Shown: positions 56,113 through 64,000 of the stretch, in pieces
Layout: the number at the start of each line of letters is the position of its first letter
How positions within the stretch are numbered: the stretch's first letter is position 1
NCBI GenBank assembly: GCA_963714865.1
Contig: CAVQPR010000001.1
Span: forward strand, 1,875,560 to 1,939,559
DNA: 64,000 nucleotides
Direction of reading: 5' to 3'
Source of the DNA: an uncultured Actinomycetes bacterium
Lineage (GTDB): Bacteria; Actinomycetota; UBA4738; HRBIN12
The notes under the pieces: generated by a model
Database searches by the model: none
The model's input: the letters and a program-made list of their open reading frames with translations, nothing else
Told to the model about the DNA's origin: nothing
Position numbers and translations under genes: made by a program

Positions 56113-57188
56113 GGTCGCACGCCCGACACGTCGATCTCTTCGTAGGGGCGTTCGCAGGGGTTCCCCGGGGCGACCCACATCCGCTGGGCCTCGACGTCGA
56201 CCACCATCGAGAATAGGCAGGCGCTGGCCTCCTCGCCCTCGTCGGGGTCGGGGTGCAGGCACACCGCCTGCGGGGTCGACCCATGGTCGGACATGAGTTC
56301 CATGAGCTGTTCGGGGGCCCTCGGCTGGTGCTCGTCCAGGAGCTCGGAAAGCCGCGCGAGCCTGACCCGGCTCCCTTCGGACGGCTCAGGGGCCAGTGCG
56401 GACAACGCGCTCGACCGATAGTGGTTCGTGTGAGGCCCGGCGCCCTCGATCACCTCGTGACGTGCGCCGGTGGTCTCGACCGTGAACGTGTCCCCGCCGG
56501 GGAACGCGAACACGTGCCCGTATCCCCCGGCCCGCCCGGCCATCGCGGCACGCGCGATCGCATCGTCGCGATCCCGGGACTCGAGCGAGCTGCGTGAGAC
56601 GAGGACCCTCGGCACTCCGACGCCGTCGTCGGATGCGGTGAGCGATCCGATCCCCTGTGCCGTCCCGTGTGCGTTCATCCCCACGGCCGGCAGGCAGCAC
56701 ACGACGGTCGGCGACGCCACGGCGACCCGGCCGTCGTCGGGGATGTCCACCACCACCGCCACGTTGTCCGCGTCGCCTGCCAACCAGTGCTCGTTGTGCG
56801 CGAGCATCGTCGTGCCCGGGACGCTCACCGTCAGGCTGGAGCAGCGCTCCGGTGGGGTCGTGTAGCCCTCCTTCTTCTGCAGGAACAGCAGCTCTCCCTC
56901 CGGCTGTTCCAGGAGGGGCTCGAGTTCCTCGAAGGCGTTGATCGCGAACAGCTCGAGGATCGGGACCATGGCGCCCACCGACATCCCCTTGAGCACCGCC
57001 ATCGAGTCGGGGTACGCGTTCTCGGCCGCGACCAGGTAGGGCATGAGGAGGTCCTGGAGTCGCTCGGACGTGACTCCGCGCCGTTCCAGGTACCGGTGGT
57101 AGAACCCGATCGAGTCGCGGATGAGGTCCGTCAGCTGTTCACCGACCTGCGTCCCGCGGGCGAACCCGTCGCCCCTGGCGTAGACCAC
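56109..57188 (-). CDS. C45-family peptidase / acyl-CoA:6-APA acyltransferase-like Ntn hydrolase
   Basis: Putative Ntn nucleophile context PERCSSLTV, NEHW, family-like layout; start GTG 57188 tentative; ATGA overlap with LdcA gene. Confidence 0.65.
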   Translation of the reverse strand: MVYARGDGFARGTQVGEQLTDLIRDSIGFYHRYLERRGVTSERLQDLLMPYLVAAENAYPDSMAVLKGMSVGAMVPILELFAINAFEELEPLLEQPEGELLFLQKKEGYTTPPERCSSLTVSVPGTTMLAHNEHWLAGDADNVAVVVDIPDDGRVAVASPTVVCCLPAVGMNAHGTAQGIGSLTASDDGVGVPRVLVSRSSLESRDRDDAIARAAMAGRAGGYGHVFAFPGGDTFTVETTGARHEVIEGAGPHTNHYRSSALSALAPEPSEGSRVRLARLSELLDEHQPRAPEQLMELMSDHGSTPQAVCLHPDPDEGEEASACLFSMVVDVEAQRMWVAPGNPCERPYEEIDVSGVRP

Positions 57189-57277
57189 CTTGATGGGCTT
57201 TCCCCTCCTTCGCGACCGGGCACAGCCTAGCGGCGACGTGGCCGGCGCGACCGTAGCGAGTTGCTCGTTCTTGTCGG

Positions 57278-58030
57278 CTACTCGGCGCGACGCGCTCGAG
57301 CCCGCTCCACGACCGTGTCGAACAGGCGCTGCTGTGATGGGTCGTGGGAGGCCGTCTCCTCCGGATGCCATTGGACACCCAGCAGCCACCCACCGGTCGC
57401 ATCCTCACGCGCGGGCTCGATCGCCTCGATGAGTCCGTCGGGACTCAGGCCGCTCGCGACGAGGTCGTCGGCGAGGATGTCGATGCCCTGATGGTGATGG
57501 GACGAGCATTCGAGATCGCCCGACGTCGTGGAGGCGGCGAGCAGGGTGCCGGTCGCCGGCGACACGCGGTGCATCGTCACCGTGTCGTCGAGGGGGACCC
57601 CGTGCTCGATGAGTCCCGGCAACTCCGGCAGATGTTGGTGCAGCGTGCCGCCGAACGCCACGTTCATCACCTGCATGCCCCGGCAGATGCACAGGGTGGG
57701 AACGCCGAGGGAGCGAGCGGCGCGCACCAACCCGATCTCGAAGGCGTCGCGGTCGATTTCGACCCCGTAGTTGTGCTCCAGGTCCGGCGCGGCCCCGTAG
57801 GCCGAGGGATCGACGTCGCCGCCGCCCACGAGGACGAGGGCGTCGAAGTATCCGAGGATCTCTGCGGGTTCGCCGGGCTCGCCGGGCGACACGATCGCTG
57901 CGCGCCCGCCCGCACGCCACAGCGCCTCGATGTACGGCGCGGGCACGCCGTAGCCCCCGTTGGGCCACCGTGCCACCCGGTCGTCTCCCAGGTGATAGGC
58001 GACGACCGCGATCAGCGGTCGTCCGGTCAT
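57278..58030 (-). CDS. Gamma-glutamyl-GABA hydrolase-like class I amidotransferase (peptidase C26)
   Basis: LVLVGGGDVDP, CICRGMQVMNVAFGGTL (nucleophile Cys), HHQ, VQWHPE. Confidence 0.8.
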   Translation of the reverse strand: MTGRPLIAVVAYHLGDDRVARWPNGGYGVPAPYIEALWRAGGRAAIVSPGEPGEPAEILGYFDALVLVGGGDVDPSAYGAAPDLEHNYGVEIDRDAFEIGLVRAARSLGVPTLCICRGMQVMNVAFGGTLHQHLPELPGLIEHGVPLDDTVTMHRVSPATGTLLAASTTSGDLECSSHHHQGIDILADDLVASGLSPDGLIEAIEPAREDATGGWLLGVQWHPEETASHDPSQQRLFDTVVERARARRAE

Positions 58031-58746
58031 CCCGTGCGTTCCCGAGTCAGGCGCCCGAACCGGCGGAAGATCTCGGCGCCCTTGTCCTGATGCAGCGCCA
58101 GATACGTCCGTGCCTCGGCACGAACCTGCTCGTTCGTCTTGCCCCAGGTCTCGAGCAGATCGGCCTCCTTCGAGAACTCCTCGAGCCACATCTCGATCTC
58201 GAAGTCGTCGATCTCCAGATGGAATTGGATCCCCCAGGTCAGCTCACCGACCCGGAAGGCCTGGTGGCGGATCCGGTCACCCGTGGCCAGCAGGAGGGCC
58301 TCATCGGGCAGATCGAACGTGTCCATGTGCCACTGGAAGACCATGTCACCGTCCACGTAATCGGCCAGCAGGAGGTCGTCGGCGGCTGCGGGCTCCGGGC
58401 GCAGCGGCTCGAACCCCACCTCGCGCACGTCGCCCTTGGTCACCTCGGCGTCGAGCGCCCATGCGAGGACCTGGGCGCCGAAACAGATCCCCAGGAGCGG
58501 TATCTCGCGCTCGATCGCGCTCCTCGTGAGCTCCGCCGCTTCCTTGATGAACGGGTGCTCATCCGCATGCTCGACGTTGTAGGAACTGCCGAACAGCACC
58601 ACGCCGCCGATCTCGCCGATGTCGGGCGGCGGGGCGTCGTCCACCGCCTCCCAGATGCGGACCGGCACGCCCTCGGTCTCGAACGTCGGCGTGGCGATGC
58701 CGAAGGTCTCGAACGGTTCGCAACGCACGAGCAGGACCGGCTTCAT
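58027..58746 (-). CDS. Type 1 glutamine amidotransferase-like protein
   Basis: GVVLFGSSYNV.., LLGICFGAQVLA (nucleophile Cys), IQFHLE; ATGA-type overlap with next gene. Confidence 0.75.
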   Translation of the reverse strand: MKPVLLVRCEPFETFGIATPTFETEGVPVRIWEAVDDAPPPDIGEIGGVVLFGSSYNVEHADEHPFIKEAAELTRSAIEREIPLLGICFGAQVLAWALDAEVTKGDVREVGFEPLRPEPAAADDLLLADYVDGDMVFQWHMDTFDLPDEALLLATGDRIRHQAFRVGELTWGIQFHLEIDDFEIEMWLEEFSKEADLLETWGKTNEQVRAEARTYLALHQDKGAEIFRRFGRLTRERTG

Positions 58747-58796
58747 GGCCCCGAGTGTAGCCATCGAGCCCCGCCGCGCGGTTGGCCTCAGGGTGC

Positions 58797-58802
58797 TACC
58801 TT
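58797..58802 (+). promoter_or_regulatory. -10-like hexamer TACCTT 7 nt upstream of ATG 58810 (leaderless-type start)
   Basis: TANNNT hexamer in the 63-nt divergent spacer; no SD. Confidence 0.3.
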
Positions 58803-58809
58803 CGACGAC

Positions 58810-59979
58810 ATGTGCGCCGACCGAACGCCTCTCAAACCGACCGATCTGCTGGAGCTGGATCGGCTGCTGAGCGACGAGGAACGCCAGCTGCGCGATCTGG
58901 CGCGCCGGTGGGTGGCCGACCGGATCCTGCCCGACGTCGAGGATTGGTACGAGCGAGGCGAGTTCCCGGCGAGAGAGCTGGCCCGGGAGCTGGGCGAGCT
59001 GGGATTCCTCGGTATGCAGCTCGATCCAGAGGACGGGGTCGGCCCGGTCGGCTACGGGCTCATCGAACTGGAGCTGGAGGCAGGTGATTCGGGTCTTCGG
59101 AGCTTCGTGTCGGTGACCAGCGCTCTCGCGATGTACGCGATCCACGCATTCGGGAACCAGGAGCAGAAGGATGAGTGGCTCCCGCGCCTGCCGCGCCGGG
59201 GAGGCGATCGGCTGCTTCGGGCTGTCAGAGCCCGACAGCGGCAGCGATCCCGGCTCGATGCGCACGTTCGCCAAACGCGACGGGGACGACTGGATCGTAT
59301 CGGGGACCAAGATGTGGATCACGAACGGCAGCGTTTCCGACGTCGCCATCGTGTGGGCCGACACGGACGACGGCGTCCGGGGGTTCGCGATCGCATGTGA
59401 CTCGCCCGGGTTCTCCGCACCCGACATCCACAGGAAGATGTCGCTGCGCGCGTCGGTGACCTCCGAGCTCGTCCTCGACGACGTCCGCGTGCCGTCGTCC
59501 GCCATGCTCGAGGTCGAGGGGCTCAAGGGGCCGCTCTCCTGCCTGAACGAGGCGCGGTTCGGGATCGTGTGGGGCGTCATGGGCGCCGCCCGCACCTGCT
59601 TCGAGACGGCCCTCGAGTACTCGAAGACGCGCGAGCAGTTCGGCAAACCGATCGGGGCGTTCCAGCTCACCCAGCGCAAGCTCGCCGACATGGCGATCGA
59701 ATTGCACAAGGGGACGATGCTCGCATATCACCTCGGCCGTCTGAAGGAGGAGGGGCGCTTGCGCCCCGAGCAGGTGAGCATCGGCAAGCTCAACAACACG
59801 CGCGAGGCGATCGAGATCGCGCGCACCTCGCGAGGGATCCTGGGTGCCAACGGGATCACCCTCGAGTACCCGATCATGCGGCACATGACGAACCTGGAGT
59901 CGGTGATCACCTACGAGGGCACCGAGGAGGTCCACACCCTCGTGATCGGCGGACTGCTGACCGGCCAGCGCGCCTTCGT

Positions 59980-59983
<4 letters not shown>
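58810..59983 (+). pseudogene. gcdH: Glutaryl-CoA dehydrogenase-type acyl-CoA dehydrogenase; one apparent frameshift near 59188-59201
   Basis: N-part ..YGLIELELEAGDSGLRSFVSVTSALAMYAIHAFGNQEQKDEWLPRL (ORF 57970..59400 frame) joins GEAIGCFGLSEPDSGSDPGSMRT..KMWITNGS..GLKGPLSCLNEARFGIVWG..NLESVITYEGTEEVH (ORF 59171..59983). Confidence 0.8.
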
Positions 59984-61884
<1,901 letters not shown>

Positions 61885-61961
61885 GAGCTCGGCGCGCAGC
61901 CGCGCCCGGCGCCCGAACGCAACCGCGGTGATGGAGAGGACGACGAGGAGGGCGAGCGCGC

Positions 61962-62921
61962 CTAGGAGCCGGTCCGTCGTCTGATCTCCTCCGTGAGGGC
62001 CGGCACGACCTGCGCGAGATCGCCGACGACGCCGAGATCGGCCATCCGCATGATCGGAGCGTCGGCATCCTTGTTGATGGCCACGATCCGGCCGGAGCCC
62101 CGCATCCCCACCACGTGCTGGAGTGCGCCACTGATACCGATCGCGAGGTACACGTCGGGCTTGACGGTCCGTCCGGTCTGGCCGATCTGATAGCTGTACG
62201 GGACCCAGCCGGCGTCGACGGCGGCCCGCGATGCGCCGACCGCGGCGCCCCCGATGGCGGCGGCGAGGTCGTCGAGGATCGAGAAGGCGTCCGGGCCGCC
62301 GAGCCCACGACCGCCCGAGACCACCACCCTGGCGTCATCCAGCGAGGGACCGCTCGAGGCCTCGGCGTGGCGCTCGATGACCCGAGTGTCCGCCAGCCCT
62401 TCCGGCAGGTGCGCGTCGAGCGGCACGACCTCGGCCGGCGAGCCGCCCGACGGCTCGGCCTCGATCGAACGGGGCTTCATCAGGACGAGCCGCGGGGTCG
62501 GTCCCTCGAGGTCGACCTCGACGATCTGCGTCCCGCCCAGGATCTCGGTGCGCGCCCGTCCGAGCGAGACCAGGCCCGTGGCGTTGCTCATCAGGGTGGA
62601 GCCCGTTCGGGCCTGGAGGCGCCCTGCGACGTCACGGGCGTCATAGCTCGTCGTGAAGAGCACCAGCTCGGGGGCGCGCTCGGCGACGAGCCCGGCCAGC
62701 ACGTGCGCGGCGGCCCGTGATGCCCCGACCACGGTGTCGGCCTCGTACACGAAGAGGGTGGATGCCCCGTGGGCGCCGACGATCGGGGCGATCCTCGAGG
62801 CCGCCGGTCCCATCGCCACCGCGGTCACGTCGTCGCTGACCGCGCGTGCCGCCGTCAGCAGTTCCAGGGTTGCCGGATCAACCCCGTCGGGGGTCGTCTC
62901 GGCGGATACGAGGATGCTCAT
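61962..62921 (-). CDS. etfA: Electron transfer flavoprotein alpha subunit
   Basis: VVSGGRGLG, GASRAAVDAGWVPYSYQIGQTGRTVKPDVYLAIGISGALQH FAD-binding signature. Confidence 0.85.
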   Translation of the reverse strand: MSILVSAETTPDGVDPATLELLTAARAVSDDVTAVAMGPAASRIAPIVGAHGASTLFVYEADTVVGASRAAAHVLAGLVAERAPELVLFTTSYDARDVAGRLQARTGSTLMSNATGLVSLGRARTEILGGTQIVEVDLEGPTPRLVLMKPRSIEAEPSGGSPAEVVPLDAHLPEGLADTRVIERHAEASSGPSLDDARVVVSGGRGLGGPDAFSILDDLAAAIGGAAVGASRAAVDAGWVPYSYQIGQTGRTVKPDVYLAIGISGALQHVVGMRGSGRIVAINKDADAPIMRMADLGVVGDLAQVVPALTEEIRRRTGS

Positions 62922-63688
62922 CAGATCACCTTCGCCTCGACCAGCAGGTCGGCGATCCGCGCCACGGCGCCGTCGTCGGCACCGATGACCTCGCCGCCAG
63001 CCGCGGGCGGGGCCGCCGTCACGGAGGCCACCGACTGGGTCGGGGACACCGCGTCGGCGTCGAGGCCGATATCGGCCAGGCCGAGGCGCTCCAGCGGCTT
63101 GCTCTTGGCCTGCATGATGCCCTTGAGGCTGGGGTATCGAGGCTCGGTGGCGCCCGCCGTCAGCGTGACGAGCGCCGGGAGCGGGCACGCGACGACGTCG
63201 TAGCCGCTGGCGGTCTGCCGTTCGATCCGCACCTGCCCGTCGGCGACCTCGAGGCGCCGGGCGAACGTGGCGCTCGGCAGGCCGAGCAGCTCGGCGACGG
63301 TGGCCGGCACCGTGCCCGTGTAGCCGTCGGTCGACTCGACGCTGCCGATCACGAGGTCGAACGGACCGCGACCGACGGCGGCCGCGAGCGCCCGTGCGGT
63401 GCCGAGCGCGTCCGCCCCGGCGAGCGAGTCGTCGGTGATCAGCACGCCGCGGTCGGCGCCCATCGCGAGCGCGCGCTGCACGGCCGGCAGCGCCTCGTCC
63501 GGCCCCATCGACACCGCGACGACCTCGCCTCCGTCACGCTCGACCAGCTGGATCGCCGCCTCGAGCCCGTACTCGTCGCCTGGGTCGAGCGCGCCGTCGA
63601 CGCCGGCGCGGACGAGCCGATGATCCGGCCCGAGCTCGGGCGTTCCCTGGGGTGCCGGAACCCACTTCACGAGCACGACGACGTTCAC
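62921..63688 (-). CDS. etfB: Electron transfer flavoprotein beta subunit
   Basis: GGAGGTG SD 5 nt before GTG 63688; VVVLVKWVP.., PGDEYGLEAAIQL, LVIGSVESTDGYTGTVPATVAELLGLP. Confidence 0.85.
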   Translation of the reverse strand: MNVVVLVKWVPAPQGTPELGPDHRLVRAGVDGALDPGDEYGLEAAIQLVERDGGEVVAVSMGPDEALPAVQRALAMGADRGVLITDDSLAGADALGTARALAAAVGRGPFDLVIGSVESTDGYTGTVPATVAELLGLPSATFARRLEVADGQVRIERQTASGYDVVACPLPALVTLTAGATEPRYPSLKGIMQAKSKPLERLGLADIGLDADAVSPTQSVASVTAAPPAAGGEVIGADDGAVARIADLLVEAKVI

Positions 63689-63757
63689 GGCATCACCTCC
63701 ACGCTCTCGAGCCTGTCGAGGCCCCACAGTACCGGGCGGGGCCCGGGCCTGACCGAC

Positions 63758-64000
63758 TCAGCCGCGCTCGAAGTAGCGCTTCATCTCCCAGTCGGTGATG
63801 CTCAGATTGTCGAAGATGACCTGCTCCTGAACGGCGGTGTTCAGCAGGTGTTCGAAGACGAAGTCTCCGAAGATCTCGCGCGCGGTCTCGCTCTCGCGAA
63901 GGGCGTCGATCGCCTCGTGCATCGAGGAGGGCACGCGCGCGACCCCCTTGGCCTCGTACGCGTTGCCCTCGTACATCTCGGGCGGCTCCACCTTGTTGCG
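63758..64000 (-). CDS. glnA: Glutamine synthetase, C-terminal fragment (gene continues beyond window)
   Basis: ..EMYEGNAYEAKGVARVPSSMHEAIDALRESETAREIFGDFVFEHLLN..ITDWEMKRYFERG* typical GS type I C-terminus. Confidence 0.7.
   Translation of the reverse strand, partial: RNKVEPPEMYEGNAYEAKGVARVPSSMHEAIDALRESETAREIFGDFVFEHLLNTAVQEQVIFDNLSITDWEMKRYFERG

Overview
High-GC (roughly 70% by hand counts) chromosomal segment with actinobacterial hallmarks: WhiB, AdnAB, an RsrA-type ZAS anti-sigma factor and a PASTA-bearing class A PBP. I support about 62 protein genes plus one tRNA-Pro(CGG). Genes are tightly packed, with many 4-nt ATGA/GTGA overlaps. I saw no rRNA, CRISPR array, integrase or transposase.

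Gene content, left to right:
- Thiol-redox module: Grx-TrxR fusion, then an ECF sigma and ZAS anti-sigma pair.
- RipA-like NlpC/P60 hydrolase, tRNA-Pro, metallophosphoesterase, YqeY-like protein, class A PBP, NfeD, WhiB and RidA.
- selA-selB, an orphan nuoD, a CUT1 sugar ABC transporter, a MidA methyltransferase, NUDIX, MBL hydrolase, Crp plus a single-domain cNMP-binding protein, and a SulP/STAS transporter.
- adnA-adnB, an M50-CBS protease, DUF72, and an OmpR-type two-component system.
- Two tandem orphan HisKA_3 kinases, a DUF5317-like protein, and a NERD-SF1 helicase operon.
- A UvrD-HRDC helicase, methyltransferases and a CoA transferase.
- An Opp/Dpp-type peptide ABC transporter followed by LD-carboxypeptidase, a C45 peptidase and two amidotransferase-type hydrolases.
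- gcdH, etfD-like, etfA, etfB and the 3' end of glnA.

Most unusual observations:
1. A lower-GC island of about 2.5 kb (35.6-38.15 kb). It carries one complete orphan kinase and ends inside the paralogous neighbour, at the sensor/transmitter junction. Both kinases share an uncharacterised polytopic sensor domain.
2. A NERD nuclease-SF1 helicase fusion that is translationally coupled to a phosphatase, a methyltransferase and a membrane protein.
3. Strongly clustered apparent frameshifts, while neighbouring long genes are intact. By manual tracing there are about 25 in bp 1000-5200, 5 in adnA, and single ones in selA, selB, gcdH, adnB and nfeD. The cause is either local assembly indels or very recent gene decay, and this must be resolved before any functional claim.

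All coordinates for frameshifted genes are reconstructions made by manual frame tracing.
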